A stretch of DNA of 64,000 nucleotides. It comes from an uncultured virus (IMG/VR IMGVR_UViG_3300001335_000606) (taxonomy: Duplodnaviria; Heunggongvirae; Uroviricota; Caudoviricetes). A program made the translations under genes and the position numbers. Every line of letters starts with the position of its first letter. Positions within the stretch are counted from its first letter, which is position 1. The notes beneath the pieces were generated by a model, which searched no databases, was not told where the DNA came from, and saw nothing but the letters and a program-made list of their open reading frames with translations. The stretch lies in IMG/VR virus record IMGVR_UViG_3300001335_000606; one strand, written 5' to 3'. This document shows positions 40,142-52,076 of this stretch, one piece after another.

Positions 40142-40228
40142 TGGAGTATCCGGTAGGATTCGAACCTACAACGAGATAAACTCAACTGATTTGCAGTCAG
40201 CCACCTTAAGCCATTCGGTCACGGATAC
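40142..40228 (-). tRNA. tRNA-Cys(GCA) with an extended variable arm
   Basis: Loop CTGCAAA, U73, variable hairpin GAG-TTTAT-CTC. Confidence 0.8.
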
Positions 40229-41143
40229 TTATATATCTAATTAAATTTCTATATTCTATTTGCCAACTACTATATGCTAATCTGCCTAACATCTAAAAAA
40301 TAAACGAGAGTAGAATGCTTCCCGATGTCTCATGTTATCATAAGAACCTGTCCTATCGCATTCCCTTGTTCAGTACTCAGCTGACTTCCCTGAATTGCTC
40401 GGGCACCTTGGATATGAGTAGGTTGCATCCTCTCATACACTGCCACTACGAATATTTAGCCAGAAACTATCACATAGCAGGTTTGGGGTACTCTCGTTTA
40501 ATACACTCTATAAATTATTCAATCCCAAAAACTGAAATAGTATTGTTGATAAAGTTTGAACCCATTTAGCATTCTATCATAATCCGCTCGGGTTTGAACT
40601 TGATATCCCGGACTATTCAAGATAAATTCTCTCCTATGAACAAGTTCATACCTGAGAGTATAATTTTTTTCTACTTCATGCAATACGGGCGGGTTTGAAA
40701 ATATATTATCTTCAAATGTAAAGGTACCAATATGTGCAAAGCGTTCTTTACCACAAACCTTTACACACTCATCGAAATCGTATAAACACACCAAAATTTC
40801 TTCCCAAGCCCAAATGATTTCATCTAGAATTTTTACCCATTCGCTTCTTTCTTCTGAAGAAGTAGTAACGGCATGGACGTGAGGAGATCCAGAAACTCCG
40901 TGACCTTCATCCCGTAATCTGCGAAGGCATTTTACCGTTCTCATTGCATTTTCGGATCCATATTCCCACCAATCGGCAGGGAAATAACCATGTTTCTTGT
41001 AGTATCTGTATTTTTGGATATCAATGACGATTTGCCAATTGGAAGGGTTTAACCAACCATATTCCCATAAATAATGTATTTCATATTTTACCTTTTTCCA
41101 AATAGACATAAATTTGTTCATATTATAACTCCTAATATAAAAT

Positions 41144-41218
41144 TGGTACCGTCACGAGAACTCGAATCCCGATCTATCGGTTCGTAGCCGATTGTCCTAT
41201 CCATTGAACGATGACGGC
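41144..41218 (-). tRNA. tRNA-Arg(ACG)
   Basis: Cloverleaf. Confidence 0.85.
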
Positions 41219-41252
41219 ATACTCTAGTCCATTGTGCTATAGGGGCATATAT

Positions 41253-41328
41253 TGGTGCGGATAGCAGGAATCGAACCTGCAATATCTTGATTAAGAGTCA
41301 AGTGCATTGCCAGTTTTGCTATATCCGC
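41253..41328 (-). tRNA. tRNA-Lys(CUU)
   Basis: Cloverleaf. Confidence 0.88.
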
Positions 41329-41711
41329 TTATCTATATTAAATCCCTTTTTAGACCAAATATAACATCCAACTGAGGTTGTCCATTCTATATATTCCGCT
41401 TTAGTTAACAACTCTCTAAAGGTCATGTTATATTCTTGTTTTACGCTTTTACGTGTTGGTGTCCAATACTGGTGGATAAAATAGTTATTACCTTTAACAC
41501 TTATGTTAACAGATTCGTCAATACTACAAATATTGAATTCATTATCTTCAGCATTAAAATAAGAAAAAAAGTCTGAAAGAAGTATATCCAGTAACTGATT
41601 TTTTGTTCTTCTTTCAAAATCTTTCTTATGTTCCATAACAACCTCTTTTTAATTCTTTGATTATATTATAACCAAATTTTGAAAAAAAAGTCATCATTTA
41701 TTTATATAAAA

Positions 41712-41797
41712 TGGCGGAGGATGAGGGACTCGAACCCCCAAGAGTTAAACTCGGTAGTGTTCAAAACTACTGCATTATCCAGTTATGCTAATCCTCC
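41712..41797 (-). tRNA. tRNA-Ser(UGA anticodon)
   Basis: Cloverleaf, long variable arm, G73. Confidence 0.85.
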
Positions 41798-41805
41798 TAA
41801 ATAAA

Positions 41806-41881
41806 TGGTACTGGTGAATGGAGTTGAACCATTAGTCGCCCGGATATCAGCCGAGTGCATTAACCATTATGCTACACCAGC
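41806..41881 (-). tRNA. tRNA-Ile(GAU)
   Basis: Cloverleaf. Confidence 0.85.
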
Positions 41882-41887
41882 AAAAAT

Positions 41888-42000
41888 GTGAGGGAAGGCA
41901 GGAATCGAACCTACATCGGTGGATCTCAATTCCAAATTATGTTGCTGTATACCTATTTTTCAATAGGAGTATAACCGCTCTACCATTGAGCTACTTCCCT
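41888..42000 (-). ncRNA. tRNA-like RNA with the anticodon arm replaced by a ~55-nt insert containing ACAGCAA
   Basis: Acceptor AGGGAAG/CTTCCCT, D-arm GCTCAATGGTAGAGC, T-arm GTAGGTTCGATTCCTGC; no normal 7-nt anticodon loop. Confidence 0.7.
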
Positions 42001-42395
42001 CATATACTTTTTTTAAAATTCTTGCAATTCTTTTTGCTATAATCTAATACTATCGTTCAAATACTTGGTACTAATATGATTCAGGATCACTATTAGAAAA
42101 TATATCATAAAATGCTTTAAATCCCGAAGCAATAATATGACCCATCTAATGAAAAATTATATTAGCAATCTATTGCTCAGTCGAAATCGGAGTTATATTT
42201 AATTCTATCTGATATACACTATGACTACCATATATATTAACGCTTCCATCGGTTTTACCATTCCCACTTTGATACTCCTACCCAAGCATAAATACTTTAA
42301 CCATTATGTCCTATCTTGCCTCAAATTCAGAAATAAAGACAATTTTATCAATAAGGTTATTGGCGTATTTTAATGCTTCTTGCTTAGTCATAAAC

Positions 42396-42469
42396 TGGCA
42401 GCCCCGTCAGGATTCGAACCCGAAATATTGAAGCCAAATTCCAATGTGATGCCATTTCACTACGAGGCT
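42396..42469 (-). tRNA. tRNA-Gln(UUG)
   Basis: Cloverleaf, TTG. Confidence 0.75.
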
Positions 42470-42482
42470 AAAATATATTTCA

Positions 42483-42920
42483 TTAATGATCCATCTTTTT
42501 ATCTAACATTGTTATACCATTAAGATGATCCACTTCATGTTGGATGATTCTAGAAACAAACCCAGTAGCAACATTATTAGTATGTAAGATGCCTTTAAGA
42601 TCATAATAATCGTAAATTATTCGATTAGGTCGTTTCAATAAAACAGTTGTCCAAGGAATGCTAAGACACCCCTCAAACATTTCAGTTTCGCCAGAATAAT
42701 TGGTGATAACGGGATTAATCAAAACAAAATATTCATTATTGTCTTTATAAACTAAAATCCTTTTATCAATCCCAACTTGATTTGCAGACAAACCGATTCC
42801 ATGATGTTTTTCCATGATTTTAATCATCTTTTCCGATAATGTTTTTAATTTGTTATCAAAAGATGTTATATGCGAAAGCTTTTTAAACAACATTGGATGT
42901 GGATAAATTAAAATTTTCAT
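42483..42920 (-). CDS. def: Peptide deformylase
   Basis: GIGLSANQVG, EGCLS, QHEVDHLNG. Confidence 0.95.
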   Translation of the reverse strand: MKILIYPHPMLFKKLSHITSFDNKLKTLSEKMIKIMEKHHGIGLSANQVGIDKRILVYKDNNEYFVLINPVITNYSGETEMFEGCLSIPWTTVLLKRPNRIIYDYYDLKGILHTNNVATGFVSRIIQHEVDHLNGITMLDKKMDH

Positions 42921-43023
42921 AATTCAAATCTCCTATTTTCAACTATAAACTTGGTCGAGTAGGCAGGACTTGAACCTGCAACTCCGTGGTAGCGTGCGGG
43001 GGACTTGAACCCCCATGATACCT

Positions 43024-43099
43024 TGGTCTAAGATGTTGGATTTGAACCACTCCTGGAAGTCCCAAACCTCCCGTGCTACCGAGTTACACCACATCCTAG
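43024..43099 (-). tRNA. tRNA-Pro(UGG)
   Basis: Cloverleaf, TGG. Confidence 0.75.
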
Positions 43100-43989
43100 A
43101 TATATTTTAAAAACTAATCAATCTTTTGTTTTATTAATATTTTGCCGTTCTATGAATTAATTTCATTCCACTAAATCCTATAAACATTGTATTTCTGTGA
43201 AAGTAACTAATCTCTTTTTCTATCTTGTTCAATTCTATCTAAATACTTATGTTGCTTGCCGTCTATCTATAAATCAATATTATAATTAGGTAGATAGAAA
43301 TCTAAAAAATAACAACTAGTTAGAGACTAATCTAAATCTTTTTGTAGCACTTTATAATTGTGAATATACTATATTCCATTATTATCTAATACACCCATAA
43401 AGAATTTCTAAGGATAACTTATTATCTTTCTAGATTTCCAACCGGTATGTGTTCCATTTGCAACTCTTTGTTTTTGTGTATTAGATATTTTCATCCTAAC
43501 ATTGGGATCTGCATTACTTTTTGACGCTCTAATTACATTTAACTATTTCAAGCATTCAGCAGAACAAGTCTTTCTATTGGACTTACAGTGAAAATCTTTT
43601 TTACAAATAACACACACATTAGTTTTGTCGCTCTTAGATTTCTTAGAAAGAGTATTGGCAATTTTGCTCTTTGTATGCTAACTATGAGTTCTACTATTTG
43701 CACAAGCTCTAGAACAAAACTATCCAGAACCAAACCATTCAGTTAGTTCTTTACCACACTTCTTGCATCTTTTACCGATAATAGAATTAAGTTTTTTCTA
43801 TCTTTCACACTATGGGCATTTTACACTATGTAAATTTGGTTTTGGCACTAATTTATAATATTGATGTTTTTCGCATACAAACTAAACTTTAGTATTTTGA
43901 ATTTCCTATAAATTATATTTAGCCTGACACGACTTTGAACAAAAATGTTCATTTTTAGTCTATTTACCACAATACTTACACTGATTCAT
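43084..43989 (-). CDS. Putative homing endonuclease: Cys-rich zinc-finger repeats plus Vsr/DUF559-like nuclease, TAG-recoded
   Basis: CKYCG...FCSKSC repeats, SYP*KFF, YFLDF, DL*IDGKQH, DRKRD; TAA stop lies inside tRNA-Pro. Confidence 0.75.
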
Positions 43990-44114
43990 ATTTTAATCTC
44001 CTTACAATTATAATTACTGTCGGGATAAGAAAATTGAACCTTTATTTTTCACACTATCTACTACTCGAAAATATTCTGCTACCTAACTAGTGCACTATAC
44101 TCATATTAAAATTA

Positions 44115-44191
44115 TGGGGGGATTGGGCAGACTCGAACTGCCAATTCCTGATGCCACAAACCAGTGCCTTAACCATTAGGCTACAATCCCC
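44115..44191 (-). tRNA. tRNA-His(GUG)
   Basis: Cloverleaf, G-1/C73. Confidence 0.88.
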
Positions 44192-44787
44192 ATATAAATT
44201 GTGCTACCATTATACCAATTTCACCATTAAATCAATTTAAACCTTTCCCACCCATTTCTTTTCATAATGTTCTTTGCCATTTTAAGGTTATAAGCAGTAA
44301 CATTTACAACTCGTTCACAATCTTCATCTTCGGCGAAAAAGGAATACCATATTAATTTATATTCTCTATTCATAATTATTTCACCAACCTTCTGATTTTG
44401 TCAATTGATTCACCATACTCAAGAAACTCTTCAATGCAATAATCTGCATCTTCAACTTCTACTATATCAACATGCGCGAGCAATCTATCTTCATTGATTA
44501 TTTTGTTCATTTTGACTTTTATTGCTGCAAATATTTCGTTAAGAGGAACAAGTACAACATTGTATCCCTTAATTATTTCGTTCAATCTAACGGGCATCCA
44601 ACCCGCTTCAATCAATTCCTCACCCAAAGCAATTTCATCATCATTCATTACATCAGTAATAGGTGTATATGACAATCCAAGTTTATCAAGGTCAGATACT
44701 GTTTCAATACCAAAATTTGGTACTTTTTCCCAAGCATTAATGAAAACTTCGTGCAACACATCGTTGATATCGTAATCTCTCATGTTA

Positions 44788-44884
44788 TAACCTCTCTTTT
44801 GCTTTCTTATAATTATATTATAACCAAATTTGGAAAAAACACCCAATTTTTTAGTATATTACTCAAAATTTTGGCAGATGCAGT
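44788..44884. repeat. 97-bp direct repeat, copy 1 (copy 2 at 46459..46555)
   Basis: Identical by eye; contains promoter, RBS and the tRNA-Trp 3' end. Confidence 0.9.
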
Positions 44885-44913
44885 TTAAAAGTCAGTTACT
44901 CTCTCCATTTGAG

Positions 44914-45654
44914 TTATGCGGGCATATAGTGAATTCTACCAGGCTTATACTTTCTATACAATACAATCTAGTTCCCAAGAACCTTCTAATTATTGACAAT
45001 GATTGTATCAAGATGAGACAAAAAATCCGAAATAGTTTTTTCTTCATTTTGTGCTATATCATAACAAGATATGTGATACACTAACCAGTTTCTATTAATT
45101 AAATTGTTCTATCTCAATTTATCAGAAATTATCATATCTTCCGCTGTATGAAACTATCCATCAATCTAAACATCTAATCTAATATTCAGAAATGCAAAGT
45201 CCAGGAAATATGGATATTCATAATATTCATTAACTATATCATATTTCTATGCAAGATTATAGGCATTAATAACTTTCTAACAAAACCAATGTTCGTATGA
45301 ACTCATCTTTCCTCTGCAACCACCAAATGGTTTAACTTTAGGATTTAATTTAAATCTCTATTTCATAGATTTTGAGATTTTTTGTTTAGTTTCCTCTGTA
45401 TGATGCTTTCCTTGCCAACTTGGGATTATTTCCCCATCTTTATACTTCTTACGTAGTTTTTCAGAAGACTGTTTAATTCTATCATCAACGTCTTTAGTTA
45501 ACCCCTTATTCCAAGGCTATCTTCTTTTATGCAAATTTGAGTTTCTATTAATATATATTTTATTTGGGTTCTGCTTACACCATTTTTGGTGTGTAGACAA
45601 CGCACCAGCATTTTTTATTTCTCTTCCGCAATATATGCATTTGTAATCTTTCAT
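44914..45654 (-). CDS. Putative homing endonuclease: zinc finger, NUMOD3 and Vsr/DUF559-like nuclease, TAG-recoded
   Basis: YKCIYCG, PWNKGLT, GKHHTEETKQKIS, YFLDFAF, DV*IDG*FH. Confidence 0.75.
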
Positions 45655-46555
45655 AATTATATTCTTCTTTAATATAATTATTACTTGGTTATAGAACTTA
45701 ACATAAATTTTTTTAAGTCAGGTGCGATGTCCAGCTTCGCAACACCCGCATAATTTAATAAACTCTTCAGAGGTGGAAGTCAAAAAGTTACTTTTCAAAA
45801 TCTTGTCTCAGCAATTCTACGATCGCCATATATTGCATTATAACTGGTTCATGACCATTAAATGTTCTCGCCTTCCTTAACATTCGGTTAATCATTCTGC
45901 GGATTTTATCCGAAATTATGTCGGATGTAATGGCATGAACGAGAAAACTATGCAATTGCGATTGCAATATTGTGAAAAAATGCGAATCAAATTTCCCTTT
46001 ATATCGTTGCCATTGATCATTTGTCATAGTTTTCTTTTTCTTTTCATCATCTAATAGATTTTTTAATTGAATTCTTAATGCTTTTGCAAATTCATCTAAT
46101 TTTTTTGAATATTCTTTTCTATCCATTTAATGTCCTCCTTAATATTTGACATAATACTGCATAACTTCGTCTGTAGCATTCATCAACTTCTGTGCAAGAT
46201 CCTTCCAGGCGATGAGACTGTCGCAATTAGCGGAAACATCATCTCTGTTATAATCAATATAAACAATCCAATCATACATTGTGCGATAAGCTTCCCACTT
46301 ATAGGTTTTATCCTTTTCCAAAACATCGAAATCCCCACCTTTGAATATGCCTTTCCCAAGCAAGTCCTGATGATTTGAATTCCAAAATTTATCAATATTA
46401 AACATCGATACTTCTTTGGCCTTCCTCTCGAAAAATTCTGTTGCACGTGACATTATTGTAACCTCTCTTTTGCTTTCTTATAATTATATTATAACCAAAT
46501 TTGGAAAAAACACCCAATTTTTTAGTATATTACTCAAAATTTTGGCAGATGCAGT

Positions 46556-46628
46556 GCAGATGCAGTAGGATTCGAACCCACACCTAAGAGTTTTGGAGGC
46601 TCTTGTGCTTCCATTACACCATGCATCT
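46556..46628 (-). tRNA. tRNA-Trp(CCA), 3' end tandemly duplicated
   Basis: Cloverleaf; CTGCATCTGC occurs twice at the 3' end. Confidence 0.85.
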
Positions 46629-46636
46629 TTAAAAAA

Positions 46637-46723
46637 TGGTGCCAGAAGTAGGATTCGAACCTACTCAGCCTTACGGCAACAGATTTACAGTCTACCCCAA
46701 CTCTCCCACGTTGGCGTTCTGGC
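46637..46723 (-). tRNA. tRNA-Tyr(GUA)
   Basis: Cloverleaf, long variable arm. Confidence 0.88.
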
Positions 46724-46733
46724 AAAAAATCTT

Positions 46734-46809
46734 TGGAGCTTCCTTTCGGAATCGAGCCGAAATCACAAGGATACGAATCTTGTATTTTATCCAATTAAAC
46801 TAAGGAAGC
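46734..46809 (-). tRNA. tRNA-Arg(UCG)
   Basis: Cloverleaf. Confidence 0.8.
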
Positions 46810-46811
46810 AA

Positions 46812-46850
46812 TAAAAAAAAGGATGCCCCCCGAATTGAAAGGGCATCCTT
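46812..46850 (-). terminator. Intrinsic terminator-like hairpin
   Basis: GGATGCCC/GGGCATCC stem followed by a U-tract on the minus strand. Confidence 0.55.
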
Positions 46851-47269
46851 GATCTGTTATCTGTATTAAATCTTGAAATTAATTAAGTTCCACATAAGGA
46901 AGCCCACATTCACTTTTCGGCGTAATATCTTCTGAAGACCAGAGATTGGCCTTATATTGAAAATATCGTTTGCAAAATAATGTTGTTCGCATACAATGGT
47001 CTCCCTTATCTGTTTTTATTTAATTATTCGATAATTAAGAAATTAATGGAAAAATTTTACAAGGTCCATTTTTCGGTATGATTCTATATCACATTTTTTT
47101 ATTTGTTTGCTGTTGAACCTCAACCATACACTTGTATTATAACTCCATAATTAAAAAAGTTGCCAAAAACTTTTTAATTATTTTTCAAATGGTAACCCGC
47201 ACATAGAATTACATATTGTAGTATCTGTCGAAATACTCACCTTCTTCATAATATGCTAAAAGGTTAATT

Positions 47270-48166
47270 TCATTTTCCAAATTCCGTTCCGTCAGTGGGA
47301 CAGAACTTTTGGCCATATTTCTGCTTTCTACCGCAAACGGAGCAGTATACAGCACCTTCAATTTTACCAGTTTTCCTTTCTTCGCGGATCTGGGCACTTA
47401 CAGGATACACGCAAATAGTGTAAGAATCAAGCAAACTACCCTTCACGTAGTCAGGACAACTATCAAATCTCTGGTCAGAATATTGACCTCTTTCAATTGC
47501 TCCGATTTCTGCTTTAGCATTAGCTTCCTAATGTATTTCGTTAGCCTATTCCTTCGCTGAAATCTATTCATTCTTAGCCATGTTGTACGGCTTATCATCT
47601 GCTATATCGCTAAAATAAGCAAAATTATCGGATTTAGCTGTATTAGCACAAGTTATTACAGTATCGTATGAACCATTGTAGTCCTCAGTGCCTTTACCTA
47701 TAAAGGTAGGTTCCCAAGTAGGTTGAACATTATTCATATTAGTTTTCATCTATTCAAGATGCTCGGTAATGGTTTTAGTTTCATAAACGCTATTTGCTTT
47801 ATAAACTCGTGCTGTGATAACTCCCAGTTCAACCTTACTCTCTATGAGTTTCTTCAATCCAGCAGAAAGTTCGTAAGTATTAAACTTAAACTTATTGTTG
47901 CTGGAGAGATACCTTTCAAGGAATAGTCGTTCCTGGGGGCCGAGAATAATTGATTCGTTTTGAGTTTCTCCGTTAATAGTGAGTTCCACCATAACGGGAA
48001 TGCCTCGGTAGTTTTTCAGGAAAATCTAAAACTCTTGTCCGTTTTTCAAGTATACACGATTTTCCTACTTCTTTGTTTCCTAATCCTTCCAGTGTTCAAT
48101 TGCCAATAGATTTTTACCTATTGAAATTCCCATCTAGAAGCCCTGTTTTGATGTGATTTGTGCCAT
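47270..48166 (-). CDS. Hypothetical protein with C-terminal double zinc ribbon, TAG-recoded
   Basis: Joins 47750..47992 and 47564..47749; ends YCSVCG...KFCPTDG then TGA. Confidence 0.7.
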
Positions 48167-48368
48167 ATCGGTCATCTCCTTTATCACTCACAAAAGGTTT
48201 CACCTCCCTTCGAAGGCTAACAAGGCAGAATTTACCTAACCTCTTATAAGCGTGTTGTATGCTGATATATTATGTTATTTATTCATTTTATTAGAAACAT
48301 GCTTTCTATCTTATTTATAGTTTTCTATATATTACCTGCTTCCTCAAGTATCAACTCTTTCAATTTCT

Positions 48369-48665
48369 TCATATTTTATGCTTTCCCCTCTTTAATGAAT
48401 CCTCATCGCATAAAATGATTTTCCCGTAATAAGATCTCCCATAGAAATCCTATTCGCCTTTATAGCCTGCCCCCTTATTACACCATCCGCCATTAATTCG
48501 AACATCATAACGAATAATGTCTTCGTTTCTACTGGTTAGTTTATCCTTATAAATTTTAATTACCTTTCCAATTAATCCTTGATAATCCCCACTTATAAGT
48601 GTTACCTGTACTCCGATATTAAATTTAGGAGCAATACCCTAGTTAATCAAATCATTCAATTTCAT
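48369..48665 (-). CDS. Small KOW/SH3-like protein starting MKLNDLIN*, TAG-recoded
   Basis: FNIGVQVTLISGDYQGLIGKV; ends TGA. Confidence 0.55.
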
Positions 48666-48686
48666 TAATTTAATCCCCTTAACATA

Positions 48687-49166
48687 TTAAAGATGCAATG
48701 AGCCCGCACCGACATAAATATAAGAATATCCTAATGCCGACGTACTCATATTATGTAGTTGAAATTTACTACTAACATTTTTAAAGGTTTCCAATAATTT
48801 ATCTACCGTAAACTAATTATATGTGGGATAATGACCATATTCTTTCTTGTAATTTTCAAACTAAGATTTATAATGTTTCACTACATCACTTGTTTTAGCA
48901 CCTACCCATAAAGAAAACTACGGATGTTTTTTATCCCTTCCATATATATCTAACATAAAAGTCAAAGGAACTTTTAATTGAGATAATCTCTATAATTGAT
49001 TAACCGTATCAATTAATCGTTTTTTATATTTATCTAATATCTAATTTATGTTATTCATCTATTTTTCATTATATATATCTGCTAGTTTTTTTCTAGTAGA
49101 CTAAATTTTTTTAAACATATAATTGATATCAGAACTTGACTACGATATAAGAGATTTTAATTTCAT
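48687..49166 (-). CDS. Hypothetical protein starting MKLKSLIS*, TAG-recoded
   Basis: Frame open except for 8 TAG; ends TAA. Confidence 0.65.
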
Positions 49167-49168
49167 TA

Positions 49169-50683
49169 TTAGCGTTTCCTTCTATTAATAATTGTTGTTG
49201 GTCTTGTAATAATAGGTTTTTTATTATCCTATAATGGGATTTCTGCTAATTCTTTAGGGTTTTTTATTAAGTGGATAATTTCCTATTCATTATGGTTTAT
49301 CTAATATACTTGTTGTAATTTGGTAAAATCCAATGCCGGGAATGGTAAATCCTAATCTTTTGGATTCAATGTTATTTTAACATTAGCTGTGGGTTCTCCA
49401 TTTATTTGAACCCAACCTCCCCACTAAACCTTGATGCCGAATGGCGTCTCGAAATCAAGCAATACTGCTTTTCTGCCTGTGTCCTTGTCCAATGGGATAT
49501 AACCCTTGCCCCAAGTTAAATTGTCAGACACGTGCATTGTAAACTATGGCCCCGTATTTTGATAATAATATACACCAGTTCTTGTATTTATTCCAAATTT
49601 AATGAAGACAGCCCAAACCCCTGCATATTCTGGATGAGAGTTGTAATAACTACCATTATTTATACTGGTATCTGGATGGTATGCCCACAAAATGCAATGT
49701 TGTTCAGGATCCACAGGCGATTGAATTACTAAGTAATCATTATATTTCGCTCTGTCTTTAATCATATATCTTCCCGATCTTCTTGCAAATCTAGTTAAAT
49801 CTGTCAAATTATGGGCAACAGCTGCAAAAGGTTCAAAATTCCAGTTATCGGATCTCTACATGAAACAACCATGAGCAAACGGTCTAGTCCCCCAAGGAGC
49901 AGGCGCATATCCGCGAGTGCGGTAAACTTCTTGCACTGTTTTAGCTAATTTAGGCGCATTCAATACATTATAATCAAATCCAGTATATGCAACATGAATA
50001 TACTAGTGTAATAATATCCACCATGGAGCAGATCCACCCATATACATTACCCTAGATATATTAGAAAGACAAGGAATATCAGTTCTCTTGACTACCCCCG
50101 TCATTTGTGGGGTGTATTGGTTTGTAGCTTGCGGATAATATCCCCTTCTATATAAATAAGGGGAAAAAATAATGATATAATCGAACTTATATGGGAAATT
50201 TTGAGCATAATTTAGTGATTGATTTAAATGATTTTTAAAATATTCGCTGGCATAAATCTCCCCCACAAGTTGGTCATATCTATAAACACCAAACCTTTCA
50301 TACTGAAGAGCTGAACTACCCCATTCTTCCCACCCATTCTAATTTACAGGCAATTGTTCCGTGTAATTCGCATTTGGTGTTTGGGAACAAAAATATCCTG
50401 GCGGTGTTGTTGTTATATATGGTGTAATTGTATCCGTCTACTAATTCAAACCCAAATGATGAATTACAAAATCATGGTTTCCACCCCACAATAATCTAGT
50501 TGCAGCTGGTAAGCTTGGATATTGGGTCGGATGTGTATTTTTCCATTGCTAAAAGCTTTCCGCTAATCGTTTTCCATAAACATTATATTGATATTGAGCA
50601 GTATCGTATGACCCACCAGTTAAGGGGTCATTCAATAATTGCTAATGTTGTACATATATTGCTAAAACATTAATTTGTTTCAT
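49169..50683 (-). CDS. 504-aa protein with an H*YIH (HExxH) zincin-like motif, TAG-recoded
   Basis: Joins 50003..50266 and 49544..49807; WILLH*YIH with TAG at 50003..50005. Confidence 0.7.
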
Positions 50684-51167
50684 TATATCAATACTCCTTT
50701 ACACAGAATATTATTTCAGTATTAGTCTATTCTATGCAATTTAAATTCGTTGTTAGTTTTTCGCCATATATATTGTATTTAGTACCACATTTAAAACAAA
50801 TATAACCATCAGTATCACCATCAATTATAGTTCCACACTATAAACAATTTATTAATTTCATCTTATATCAAATTAAATAGTTCAAATGGAGCCAAAAATG
50901 CTAATATTCCAAATGCTATATTAATTAATTCAAAACGCCAGTTTTTCATAAAATAATCCTTAACCGAAATTTTATTAATATCATTAATATTTTCGTTTTT
51001 ATAATTTAACCAAATATTCAAAATAACAAATATAATGATAATTATTCCCAATACCTGAAAAATACAACTTATAAAAAATATACTGAATGGTAATACTAAT
51101 GCCCACCCCATCAAAAATGCAACTGTTATAGTTTGCATAAATCTATATAAATTTTCTAACATATAAA

Positions 51168-52076
51168 TTATTTCTCCATTAAATAGATAGTAATGACATC
51201 CTAATAAGTATGATCCCATGTAACACTATCTTTTACAAATATGGTATTACTCTAAACATCGACAATCTAGAATTCGGTTTTATCCGCAAAAAGAACCTAA
51301 TTTTCCTTTTTAATATTGCAAAACTATCTAATAGGCTTGCCAGTTTTAGACTTTATGATTAATTGTAATTTGTGGAGACCCAGCTATCTCGCTTGCGAAA
51401 GAAAATAACCTCTATTAAATTCTTCTTGCTGAGTATCTGCAGTAGTTGAAACAAAACATTTTGCTCTCAGAATTGATCCGACCTTTAAATATGGGTTTAT
51501 TCTGGACTCATCATCCGTCTAAATATATCTCTATACAACACCCTAATAAGATCTTAGCATAGGTAAAGTTTCGTTTATTTTTTTATGCAAATAACGAACT
51601 TCCCAGTTCAATCCTTCACCAGTTATCAATGCTTTATTTATTTCTTTGTAAGCATTTGCTGAATAATTATTTAATGCATTGCGATTTGATTCATATTTTT
51701 CATGCATAAGTGTCAAATAGTTAGCCATAGCAATATCTTTGGATTTATAGAGTTCCCTTTTGTGATTGACACTCTCAATAAACATCTTCTTAAACTACTA
51801 AGCGTTTTTGGGTTTTTGAGTTTTTTCGAACTACTATGGTTTACCAACAAATCTATGTCCTTTTTTAGGTACAGTGTATTTATCTTTATGCTTTTGATAA
51901 TAAGACTTTGAAATACTATAAGTGTTGCCCGTCTTCTTACTTGTTACAACGACACTCTAACGGGAGTTATCTTCATTGATACCTTTAACAAGCTAAAACT
52001 ATTGTGGGATTCCACAAAATTTCGACCCAACAGAAGGTTCTACTTTTTCATACAATATATTTTTCAATTTAATCAT
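51168..52076 (-). CDS. ADP-ribosyltransferase (R-S-E family), TAG-recoded including the catalytic Glu
   Basis: MIKLKNILYE leader; YSANAYKEINKAL, Y*GVV*R, FVSTT, KEN*VLF. Confidence 0.8.

Noticed and set aside
44930..45750. Group I intron with homing endonuclease inside tRNA-Leu
   Set aside because: A 5' tRNA half precedes the ORF, but I found no matching 3' exon or recognisable P7 core, and the ORF fills the interval.
29446..46794. Short ORFs overlapping tRNA genes (e.g. 29446..29664, 32088..32288, 33556..33768, 46534..46794)
   Set aside because: The sequence is explained by tRNA cloverleafs.
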